Source: Bacteroidales bacterium
Lineage (GTDB): Bacteria > Bacteroidota > Bacteroidia > Bacteroidales > Bacteroidaceae
Reading direction: 5' to 3'
Assembly (NCBI GenBank): GCA_015060905.1
Contig: SUXQ01000008.1
Location: forward strand, 4,674 to 68,673
DNA length: 64,000 nt
Made by a program: the position numbers and the translations under genes. The notes under the pieces were generated by a model, which was not told where the DNA came from, searched no databases, and saw only the letters and a program-made list of their open reading frames with translations. Every line of letters starts with the position of its first letter. Position 1 is the stretch's first letter. Below are positions 28,972-37,523 of this stretch, one piece after another.

Positions 28972-29751
28972 TCAAAATATCACTATTTTATGTTCGTGAG
29001 TATCGTAGCAGATACCCTCACCGTCGATGAAAGAGGATAGTGCCCCACTCTTAGAAAGTTCCTCGACGCTACCCACATACATTCTCTTTTTATCCATCAA
29101 CCACAGTCTGTCCGAGAGGCGCAAGGCAAGTTCAAGGTCGTGCGTGGATAGCAAAATAGCTTTTCCACGCTCCTTTGCCAGAGTGCGCAACGACTGCATG
29201 AGGCTCACACGACTCGCAAAGTCGAGAAAAGCAGTCGGCTCGTCAAGCAAAATAATAGGTGTTTCTTGCGCCACAGCCTTGGCAATCATAGCTTTCTGAC
29301 GCTCACCGTCGCTCAATGTCTCTATCATTCGGTTGGCTAACGATGAAATACCCAATAGTTCCATCGCTTCGTCCACTGCACGCTTGTCGCGCATGGAATT
29401 AAGGCCGAAAAAACCCGTATAAGGCATACGCCCCATTGCAACAACCTCGCGCACAGAGAGATTATATATAGGCTCGCGTCCGGTAAGCACTATCGACAGA
29501 TGGCGCGAAAGTTGCGAGGCGTCGTTCACACGAAAATCGCACCCACAATATTCAATCGTGCCGGACAATGGATGTTGAAAAGCAGAAATGGTACGAAGAA
29601 GCGTAGACTTCCCCGCACCATTCAAGCCCACCAACGATACAAGCTCACCGCTGTAAAGTCGGGCATTTATAATATCGACAACCTGATGCTTGGAATTACC
29701 ATCGGCGTAACCAATGGCAAGATTCGAGAGTATCAGAGCCGCAGCATTCAT
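28972..29751 (-). CDS. ABC transporter ATP-binding protein (FepC/BtuD-like)
   Basis: Walker A GLNGAGKST, signature LSDGERQ and Walker B ILLDEP. No permease or binding protein is present in the window. Confidence 0.9.
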   Translation of the reverse strand: MNAAALILSNLAIGYADGNSKHQVVDIINARLYSGELVSLVGLNGAGKSTLLRTISAFQHPLSGTIEYCGCDFRVNDASQLSRHLSIVLTGREPIYNLSVREVVAMGRMPYTGFFGLNSMRDKRAVDEAMELLGISSLANRMIETLSDGERQKAMIAKAVAQETPIILLDEPTAFLDFASRVSLMQSLRTLAKERGKAILLSTHDLELALRLSDRLWLMDKKRMYVGSVEELSKSGALSSFIDGEGICYDTHEHKIVIF

Positions 29752-29760
29752 AATATTCTT

Positions 29761-31062
29761 TTATTTGCGATAACCTACCCACTCTTGCAACAGGTCGAGA
29801 ATCTCTTTTTTCATATTCTCGGGCATTGTACCGATGCGTGCCTTGTGGCTGCCGTCAGGCTCGATGAATATGCGGATATTCTTTTTGTTGCGGTCGCGCA
29901 ACCATGTAACGCCATTGGCTGTCCAAGGGTCCCACTCGCCATAAATATATATCATCTTCGGGTCATTCTCGGTAAGGTAGTCAACAACCTTGCGATGCAC
30001 GCTGCCATCAAACTCAACATCCATCCACTCCTCGCCGAGCATAATTTTCTTATAATAATCCGTCAGAGGCTCTTTTATATATTTTTTGAAAGGCTCTACA
30101 TTGTAGCCATAATAGCCAAAGTCTTTTACTGCCTGCACCGAGAATGAATTAAAGCCGTTGCCACGAGAGAAGTAATCGGGGTCGCAACTTTGGATAAAAT
30201 ATTTGAAGATAGCTTCGTCGCCTGCCTCGAGGGTGGGTATTTTATCGACAGGATTGCCCCACTGCCAGAATGAAAAAGCATATTCGAGTACACAATAATC
30301 GTATATTACCGACAAAGGCTGACGGAAAGTATATTTCTTCTGCTTGCAGTAATTTTCAAAAAGGGGCATATAGACCTCTTTGCGCTCGAGCACCAACAGT
30401 TGGAAGTTGCGCACCGCGTCGCGTTTCTCCTTTGTAGAAGCCTGCTCGAGGAACGATTCGTGACGTCCATCCTCGAGAGCCACACACAAGGGTGCCACAT
30501 AAGGAACGGAAACATCAACATCATCGGGGTAGTATGCACGGTAGAACATTGATGTTGAGCCACCTTTGCTTATTCCTGTAGAGAGCCATTTATTCTTATA
30601 AAATTCCTTGAAGGCTGTTGTAATTGCGTGATAATCCTCCATAGAATTGGGAATTGTAAGATAGTCCCAATTACAGGGTTCGGGAGTAGACTCGTCAAAA
30701 TATCTATGCTCTACAAAAAGCACGTTAGCATCTATGAGTGTTGTAAGTTCTTCGTAGAAACGGTTAGAGGAGAAATTGCTGCCACCACCGTAACCTTGAG
30801 TGATAATTACCATAGGACGGTCCCAGCCGCGGTGTCCCAAAAGTACACGTTGTTCGAATGTTCCGGCCTGAGGGTTGTCCTTGTCCAACTGTTGGGTGAA
30901 TTTAAGAGAGTAGTAAGTGCGTGTAGTGTCGAGTTTCTCTATTTTCTCGAAACTGCTTACTGCATCAATCTTTTTAAGCATTTTTGTTACGTCGTTCTTC
31001 TTTGCGTTAAGAGTAACGACAAAGACAACAAGCAATAATAGTGTAAAATAACGTTTCAACAT
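29761..31062 (-). CDS. Secreted alpha/beta-hydrolase serine peptidase (S28/S37-like)
   Basis: 433 aa ORF with a signal peptide, a GISKGGS nucleophile elbow and a VEHRYFDES motif. Confidence 0.65.
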   Translation of the reverse strand: MLKRYFTLLLLVVFVVTLNAKKNDVTKMLKKIDAVSSFEKIEKLDTTRTYYSLKFTQQLDKDNPQAGTFEQRVLLGHRGWDRPMVIITQGYGGGSNFSSNRFYEELTTLIDANVLFVEHRYFDESTPEPCNWDYLTIPNSMEDYHAITTAFKEFYKNKWLSTGISKGGSTSMFYRAYYPDDVDVSVPYVAPLCVALEDGRHESFLEQASTKEKRDAVRNFQLLVLERKEVYMPLFENYCKQKKYTFRQPLSVIYDYCVLEYAFSFWQWGNPVDKIPTLEAGDEAIFKYFIQSCDPDYFSRGNGFNSFSVQAVKDFGYYGYNVEPFKKYIKEPLTDYYKKIMLGEEWMDVEFDGSVHRKVVDYLTENDPKMIYIYGEWDPWTANGVTWLRDRNKKNIRIFIEPDGSHKARIGTMPENMKKEILDLLQEWVGYRK

Positions 31063-31112
31063 AATGGTTCTATTTTAAAATTATACTTTTTGCATACAAT
31101 ATTAACGATAAG

Positions 31113-32750
31113 CTATTTTTTTCTTTCAAGTTCTTGCAGGCTCTCCATTTTCTTTGTCTCGAGGAACTCATATATTCCGCTCAGATGTTCGCGCACACGT
31201 TTGCCGCCAAATTCGTATACCTTTGTTACAAGGCCATCAAGAAAATCGCGGTCGTGGCTGACAACTATGAGCGTGCCGTCATAATCCTGCAAGGCTTGTT
31301 TCAATACATCCTTGGTTTTTAAGTCAAGGTGGTTGGTGGGCTCGTCGAGAATAAGCAGGTTCACAGGTTCGAGCAGCAATTTCAGGATTGCGAGTCGTGT
31401 GCGTTCGCCGCCGGAAAGAACTTTTACTTTGCGGCTGCTCTCCTCGCCTCCGAACATGAATGCCCCCAAAAGGTCGCGTATCTTGTTGCGGACGTCGCCT
31501 TTTGCAACGTCGTCTATAGTCTGAAAGACAGTAAGTTCATCATCGAGCAACGATGCTTGATTCTGGGCAAAATAGCCTATCTGTACATTGTGTCCGATGG
31601 TTATTGTTCCATCATGCTCAATTTCGCCCATGATGGATTTTACCATCGTGGATTTTCCCTCACCGTTACGTCCGACGAAGGCTACTTTATCGCCACGTTC
31701 GATGGTAAAATTGGCATTTGCATAAATTAGTTTATCGCCGTATGTTTTTCCAACTGCGTCGCACTGCACAGGGTAGCTGCCGCTGCGAGGCGAGGGTGGA
31801 AATTTTAATCTTAATTGTGATGTATCCTCTTCATCAACCTCTATAAGCTCGAGTTTTTCGAGCATCTTCACACGGCTCTGCACCTGAAGGGTTTTTGAAT
31901 AAGTACCTTTGAAACGCTCGATAAATTCCTTTGTCTCGCGTATCATCTTTTGCTGCTCTTCATACTGTTTCTGCTGTTGCTCGCGACGCTCTTTGCGCAG
32001 TTCAAGATAGTGGCTGTAAGAGGCTTTATAATCGTAAATGCGCCCCATTGTAACCTCTATGGTGCGTGTGGTTATTGAATCGACGAATTTTCTATCGTGG
32101 CTGATGAGTACTACAGCCTTTGAAGAGGTTTTTATAAATTCCTCGAGCCACTGTATACTCTCAATGTCAAGATGGTTGGTAGGCTCGTCGAGTAACAGCA
32201 CGTCAGGGTCTTTCAGCAGTAATTTTGCAAGCTCGATTCTCATGCGCCACCCACCCGAAAAATCACTCGTGGGACGATTAAAGTCGCTACGCTCAAAGCC
32301 AAGACCGAGGAGTGTCTTTTCAACATCCTCCTCAAAATGCGTCATGTCTATCGCATAGAACTTCTCGCTAAGAGCCGTTACTTTCTCAATGAGAGCCATA
32401 TAAGAGTCACTTTCATAGTCGGTGCGCTCCATCATTTCTGCATTCAAACGCTCAATTTCCTGCTCAATCTCTTTCAAATGAGCAAAAGCCTGAGCCGTCT
32501 CCTCAAAGACCGTGCGACCATCCTCGGTCATCAGATGCTGCGGCAAATAAGCAACCACGCAATCCTTTGGCACAGAGACTGTGCCGCGTGTAGCCTGCCT
32601 TACACCTGCAAGAATCTTGAGCAATGTACTTTTTCCCGCACCATTTTTACCCATAAGAGCAATGCGGTCCTTCTCGTTAATCTGAAAAGAAATATCTTTA
32701 AAAAGTGTAGTTCCGCCAAACTCGACGGTAAGACCATCTACTGAAATCAT
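31113..32750 (-). CDS. ABC-F family ATPase (two ABC domains, no TM region)
   Basis: Two Walker A motifs (GKNGAGKST, GRNGEGKST), two signatures (FSGGWRMR, LSGGERTR) and a charged linker. Confidence 0.92.
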   Translation of the reverse strand: MISVDGLTVEFGGTTLFKDISFQINEKDRIALMGKNGAGKSTLLKILAGVRQATRGTVSVPKDCVVAYLPQHLMTEDGRTVFEETAQAFAHLKEIEQEIERLNAEMMERTDYESDSYMALIEKVTALSEKFYAIDMTHFEEDVEKTLLGLGFERSDFNRPTSDFSGGWRMRIELAKLLLKDPDVLLLDEPTNHLDIESIQWLEEFIKTSSKAVVLISHDRKFVDSITTRTIEVTMGRIYDYKASYSHYLELRKERREQQQKQYEEQQKMIRETKEFIERFKGTYSKTLQVQSRVKMLEKLELIEVDEEDTSQLRLKFPPSPRSGSYPVQCDAVGKTYGDKLIYANANFTIERGDKVAFVGRNGEGKSTMVKSIMGEIEHDGTITIGHNVQIGYFAQNQASLLDDELTVFQTIDDVAKGDVRNKIRDLLGAFMFGGEESSRKVKVLSGGERTRLAILKLLLEPVNLLILDEPTNHLDLKTKDVLKQALQDYDGTLIVVSHDRDFLDGLVTKVYEFGGKRVREHLSGIYEFLETKKMESLQELERKK

Positions 32751-32830
32751 ATTTATGTGAAAAACTGTTTCAAAAAATTATTCTGCGAAGATACGCAAAA
32801 AATCACATAAAAACTAAAGTTTTTCAATAT

Positions 32831-32850
32831 CTAAGAAGCTGTTTAAATTT
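32831..32850. repeat. Left arm of a 20 bp inverted repeat (ctaagaagctgtttaaattt)
   Basis: Its reverse complement matches 33008-33027 at 19 of 20 positions. The spacer is 157 bp. Confidence 0.85.
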
Positions 32851-32997
32851 CTTTCAAAAAAGTTTATTACATTATCCGCAAATTGTACTTGCCTTTTTAT
32901 GTTCTTTTTTGCCTGTTTTTCCCTTTTTCGCAGTTACATAGCCCGCTATGCGCCTTTGAAAAATGAAAAAACATCCTAAAAAAGATCTATAAAAATT

Positions 32998-35900
32998 TCA
33001 AGGACATAAATTTAAACAGCTTCTAAGTTTCACCGGCCCCATAAGTCCATATTCGCGTAAAGAATTATTGGAAGAAGGGCCTGAAATTGTCCATGTTTTT
33101 CGCTCATTCTCGGGCAAGGAAGCATCGTAGACAAGACGATTGAACCACGTGCTTGTAACCTCTACCACAAGTTCATTTTCCCCCTCTGCTACAGCCGAAC
33201 TTATATCGATTGTATACGGTTCGCACCATAAAGTACCCAACTTTTTACCATTAACCTTTACTACTGCAATCATGTTCACGCTGCCAAGATCAAGCGACAA
33301 AGGAGCAGAGAGCATCAATTTATCTGCCACAAAAGAGGTTGCATAGGTTACTGTTCCCGAAAAAGCCTTTGCTTCGGCCGAAACATCAAGCGCATTCCAA
33401 GGCTTCAGTTCCTTAACGCGTAAAGTATCGGGAGCCCCCCACCCTGAGGGATACGTCAAACTCCATTCACCACCAATAGATTTTTCATTTTTCACAGAAG
33501 GTGTCAAATGTTCACCAAGCACTTTATTCTTATGGAAAACCACAAAACACGAGCCTCCGCGCAGCAAAGAAATATCAACGGAAGTATAACCATTTTCACT
33601 TTTACCATCAACAACAGTCATCTTACCGTTTACAGGATTCCACAATTCAACTGAGCCGGTTGCCCTAAACTGCACACAACCCTCAAAAGATTTTTCTTGC
33701 AAGGGAGTAACAAAATAGCAGTCAGCACCTTGAATCTGACGATGCACCCAACGTACACCCTCGCCTTTAACATCTGCCGGAATTTTCAATGTTTCAAGAG
33801 CCTGCTCTATGCTTACTCCGGAAAGAATACCACCCTTGCCCACTCGTTTGAGTTTACCGGCCTCACATTTTCCCCAAATGGCACGAACAGCCTTGTCGAA
33901 ACGTCGCTGAGCAGCCTTTCCGCCCGACAACGTAGCAATTCCTTTCGGAGGTGAAGCAACTACAATAGCACCCCTTTTCATCAAAGAATAGAGACGTTCC
34001 AAAGTCTCGGGAAGCATTCGTTTATTCTCGGGAATCCATATAAAGCGATAACTTTGTCCCTCGGGAGTAACCACACGACCATCCTTTACACTCAAACGAT
34101 TGAGCAACACATCGGGATTACAATAATCATATTTATAACCACTGGGAAAAGGAAATTTTTGTGAAGGCTTGTGGCTAATCTCATCGCCAAGATACCATAG
34201 AACATCACTTACAGCCCTGCCACGTTCGAGCATATAGCTGCAACGCGCCAGATAGGTGGTAAACTCACGCATGTGAGGCCACCACGTCTGTCCACGCAAA
34301 AATGGAGTACCAATGCTTGTGCCAAACGATGTTCCGGGCTTCAGGAAATTAATCTGAGGATTGTGAGTGTAAGTATGAAAAACATTATGCGTAACACCCT
34401 CAACAGCATTAAAATCGGCAACCTCTTTAAGCATTCCCCAACGTTCGTCCCAACTAAGATTGAACGAAGTAAAAGACTCGGCATTTACGCGAGGCTTGCC
34501 ATAAAGACGCGCAGCAGAAGCAGTGGGCTTAATAGGTTTAAAATCAAGGTCGCCCACATACCCAAGGCTGAAAGGATGCCAAAATTCACACATAGGAACA
34601 TCGGCATATTTGAAATATTCCATAATGTCAGCGGGAAAGACGTCGCCCGCAGCAGTCTCGTACATTACCGAGAGACCCGACTCGCGTCCAAGTTCGGAAA
34701 TGCGTTTGTAAAATCTGTTTACAAAAAGTTCGTTGATAGTGGAACGCCAATCGAGCAAAAAGCGAGAAGTTGTTTCGGGAGAGTCCACCACATAACCAAA
34801 AAGAGTCGGCAGCCATTTGCGAAGATTGTAGCCTGTATGTTGCTTAAATTCCGCTTCCATTTTATTTGTCCACGTCTGAACGTTACACTCCCAGCTATCA
34901 AGCAACAGACCTTTTAAAAGACCACCTTTAAGAGCACCGTTTGCCAGATGCCCTATATAACCATCAAAATGAATTTGTGCAGCCTCGTATGAATATTTGT
35001 CACACTCCCAACCTGTACCCGAGGGAGGCGCGGGCCCATTCTTTCTTCCGGAATTAACATGACCTATGCGCATAATGGTCCATTCGTCGCCAAAAGGAGC
35101 CTTCCAACGAAAAACTCCTGCACTATCCATAAAGGCCGAGACATCAATAATCTGCTTAGCATCAATATAAGATTCTTCAGACTGTATAAGGTCGTCTGAT
35201 GTACGTTCAAAGGCGCGCAACGTCCAGCCTGCCTCGGCCTCCCAATTATTCTTGCGTGCGCCCGAAATGAGGCACATGTGCTTCAAACGCATATTATGTT
35301 TGTTGGTAATTTCCACCCTGTAACTTACAGCATCGTACACCTCTTTACATGCTACACTCATGCGAGCATTATCCTGCCAATTTGCAGCAGGCATCGGCGC
35401 GTCCATCACCTTTGTCTCCTCGCCCCGGGCATTAATTGCAAACATCGCAACCCTGACACCCGGGTCGTAGCACATTCCATGATTAAAAGTCTGCACGGGA
35501 GAAAGTTCCAAAGTACGGATAACCGTTGGCTTTTCGTAACCAACAACGACAGAATGAGTATCGCCACCGGCCGGCAAATTAAGTTCTTTTTTGTTTAATA
35601 AAAGGTCGGCAAAATTGTGTACACCGCCATTTTCCACCTTAACGGGCTTAGGAACGGGATTTTTTGCACCCGCCGGTGTTGGAAAAGCAATAACCGCAAT
35701 ATCCTTATAGTCGCGCCACTCTTCGCTGCTGGGCGAAGGTTTTTCTATTCTCAATTCAGAAAGAGCATCGACCGAAACTCTTTTTTCTCTTCGTATAATG
35801 GTACGCATTGCATTTTCGGGTTTAATCCAAGGCCCGCCGGCCATAGCCCACCCGGGACAATTCTGCATAGTAAAGCGCAGTCCCAAGCGCTGACACTCAC

Positions 35901-36252
35901 TTGCTACAAACTTAACAGCATCCTCCCACTTTTCGCTCATACAGGTAATTTCATCGCCCGTAGCCGGCCACTTTCCACCGGCCTGACCATGAAAGAAATG
36001 CACTCCCGAAATTCCCGCTTCGGCAATTGCCTCAAGGTCGGCGGTAATACCCTCATAAGATACGTTTCCACCAATAAAATGGAACCATGTTTCGGGATAA
36101 AAAACTTTATCGGGAGCAAGAAAAGCCGTGCGGTCGTGAGCACCAAACTCTCGTTGAAGAACCTCGTGCGAGGGCAATACCTGAGCAATCTGAGCGTGCA
36201 ATATATTTACACAAGTACAAAAACATAGAAATAACAAATTCAGTCGTAGCAT
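32998..36252 (-). CDS. Large secreted glycoside hydrolase, GH106-like (alpha-L-rhamnosidase-type / jelly-roll GH)
   Basis: The track start at 36276 is a TTG. The ATG at 36252 gives the signal peptide MLRLNLLFLCFCTCVNILHA. Motif WFHFIGGNVSYEGITADLEAIAEAGISGVHFF. The family call is tentative. Confidence 0.7.
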   Translation of the reverse strand: MLRLNLLFLCFCTCVNILHAQIAQVLPSHEVLQREFGAHDRTAFLAPDKVFYPETWFHFIGGNVSYEGITADLEAIAEAGISGVHFFHGQAGGKWPATGDEITCMSEKWEDAVKFVASECQRLGLRFTMQNCPGWAMAGGPWIKPENAMRTIIRREKRVSVDALSELRIEKPSPSSEEWRDYKDIAVIAFPTPAGAKNPVPKPVKVENGGVHNFADLLLNKKELNLPAGGDTHSVVVGYEKPTVIRTLELSPVQTFNHGMCYDPGVRVAMFAINARGEETKVMDAPMPAANWQDNARMSVACKEVYDAVSYRVEITNKHNMRLKHMCLISGARKNNWEAEAGWTLRAFERTSDDLIQSEESYIDAKQIIDVSAFMDSAGVFRWKAPFGDEWTIMRIGHVNSGRKNGPAPPSGTGWECDKYSYEAAQIHFDGYIGHLANGALKGGLLKGLLLDSWECNVQTWTNKMEAEFKQHTGYNLRKWLPTLFGYVVDSPETTSRFLLDWRSTINELFVNRFYKRISELGRESGLSVMYETAAGDVFPADIMEYFKYADVPMCEFWHPFSLGYVGDLDFKPIKPTASAARLYGKPRVNAESFTSFNLSWDERWGMLKEVADFNAVEGVTHNVFHTYTHNPQINFLKPGTSFGTSIGTPFLRGQTWWPHMREFTTYLARCSYMLERGRAVSDVLWYLGDEISHKPSQKFPFPSGYKYDYCNPDVLLNRLSVKDGRVVTPEGQSYRFIWIPENKRMLPETLERLYSLMKRGAIVVASPPKGIATLSGGKAAQRRFDKAVRAIWGKCEAGKLKRVGKGGILSGVSIEQALETLKIPADVKGEGVRWVHRQIQGADCYFVTPLQEKSFEGCVQFRATGSVELWNPVNGKMTVVDGKSENGYTSVDISLLRGGSCFVVFHKNKVLGEHLTPSVKNEKSIGGEWSLTYPSGWGAPDTLRVKELKPWNALDVSAEAKAFSGTVTYATSFVADKLMLSAPLSLDLGSVNMIAVVKVNGKKLGTLWCEPYTIDISSAVAEGENELVVEVTSTWFNRLVYDASLPENERKTWTISGPSSNNSLREYGLMGPVKLRSCLNLCP
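33008..33027. repeat. Right arm of the 20 bp inverted repeat (aaatttaaacagcttctaag)
   Basis: Lies inside the last roughly 10 codons of the 32998-36252 CDS. Confidence 0.85.
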
Positions 36253-36273
36253 AATATTTTTCTTAAATTTTTG

Positions 36274-36281
36274 CAAATTTA
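36274..36281 (-). promoter_or_regulatory. -7 box TAAATTTG for the GH106-like gene
   Basis: The plus strand reads caaattta, 22 nt upstream of the ATG at 36252. Confidence 0.45.
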
Positions 36282-36413
36282 TGAATGTATTTAATATTTT
36301 TGAGTTTCAAAAATGATACATAATATTTCAAATTTGACAAAATTAAGTACTATTCAAAAAAAATAATTATGCAAAATAGTATTAACAGCGTTGAAAAATT
36401 CACAGCAATACAC

Positions 36414-36421
36414 TATTTTTG
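36414..36421 (+). promoter_or_regulatory. -7 box TATTTTTG for ddh
   Basis: TAnnTTTG match 26 nt upstream of the ATG at 36447. Confidence 0.5.
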
Positions 36422-36446
36422 CAGCCATTATTAAAATAATAAGATT

Positions 36447-37346
36447 ATGAAGAAAATAAGAGCCGCAATTGTCGGTTACGGCAACATTGGCAAATATGCA
36501 TTACAAGCATTGGAAAGCGCACCCGATTTTGAGGTTGCAGGCATTGTGCGTCGTTCGGGCGCCGAGAATAAACCCGCCGAGCTTAACAATTACCCCGTAG
36601 TAAAAGAGATTAGCGAACTTCAGGATGTGGACGTTGCTATATTGTCTACTCCCACAAGAAGCGTCGAGGAATATGCCAAGCAAATTCTCGAAGCAGGAAT
36701 AAACACTGTGGACAGTTTCGACATTCACTCACAGATTGTTCCCTTGCGTCGCTCATTGAACGAGAGCGCGAAAAAAGGAAACGCGGTGTCGATTATTTCT
36801 GCCGGATGGGACCCGGGCAGCGACTCGGTTGTAAGAACATTGTTACAGGCAATCGCGCCCAACGGAATTACATACACTAATTTCGGACCGGGCATGAGCA
36901 TGGGACACACAGTGGCAGTAAAAGCCATAGATGGCGTACAAGCAGCACTGTCAATGACAATCCCCACCGGCACAGGCATACACCGTCGCATGGTGTATAT
37001 TGAGGTTAAAGAAGGGTACGATTTTGAGAAAGTTGCAGCAGCCATAAAAGCCGATGCATACTTTGTGAACGACGAGACACACGTCATTCAGGTACCCTGC
37101 GTAAAGGAACTTCTGGACATGGGACACGGCGTAAACCTCACCCGCAAAGGAGTGTCAGGTACTACACAGAACCAGCTTTTCGAGTTTAACATGCACATAA
37201 ACAACCCAGCCCTCACAGGACAGGTGCTTGTGTGCGCCGCACGTGCAACAATGAAACAACAGCCAGGATGCTACACAATGATAGAAATTCCGGTAATCGA
37301 CCTTTTGCACGGCGACCGCGAAGAACATATTGCGCACCTTGTATAA
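36447..37346 (+). CDS. ddh: meso-Diaminopimelate D-dehydrogenase
   Basis: 299 aa ORF: MKKIRAAIVGYGNIGK...GWDPGS... Confidence 0.92.
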   Translation: MKKIRAAIVGYGNIGKYALQALESAPDFEVAGIVRRSGAENKPAELNNYPVVKEISELQDVDVAILSTPTRSVEEYAKQILEAGINTVDSFDIHSQIVPLRRSLNESAKKGNAVSIISAGWDPGSDSVVRTLLQAIAPNGITYTNFGPGMSMGHTVAVKAIDGVQAALSMTIPTGTGIHRRMVYIEVKEGYDFEKVAAAIKADAYFVNDETHVIQVPCVKELLDMGHGVNLTRKGVSGTTQNQLFEFNMHINNPALTGQVLVCAARATMKQQPGCYTMIEIPVIDLLHGDREEHIAHLV

Positions 37347-37369
37347 AAATCATAGAATCATATAACCGG

Positions 37370-37398
37370 TGGCTCTGCACTTTTGCAGAGCCATTTTT
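37370..37398 (+). terminator. Intrinsic terminator of ddh
   Basis: tggctctgca-cttt-tgcagagcca followed by ttttt. Confidence 0.8.
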
Positions 37399-37471
37399 AT
37401 AATATAATTGCAAAAAAAATATAATCCGAATAATTTTCATATATCAATTTTGCACATAGCCAGCTTTGTAG

Positions 37472-37479
37472 TATCTTTG
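37472..37479 (+). promoter_or_regulatory. -7 box TATCTTTG for the tricorn-like protease gene
   Basis: TAnnTTTG match 45 nt upstream of the ATG at 37524. Confidence 0.45.
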
Positions 37480-37523
37480 TTAAACAGATACTATAGAAAT
37501 AAAAATCAATAATAAATAAACAA

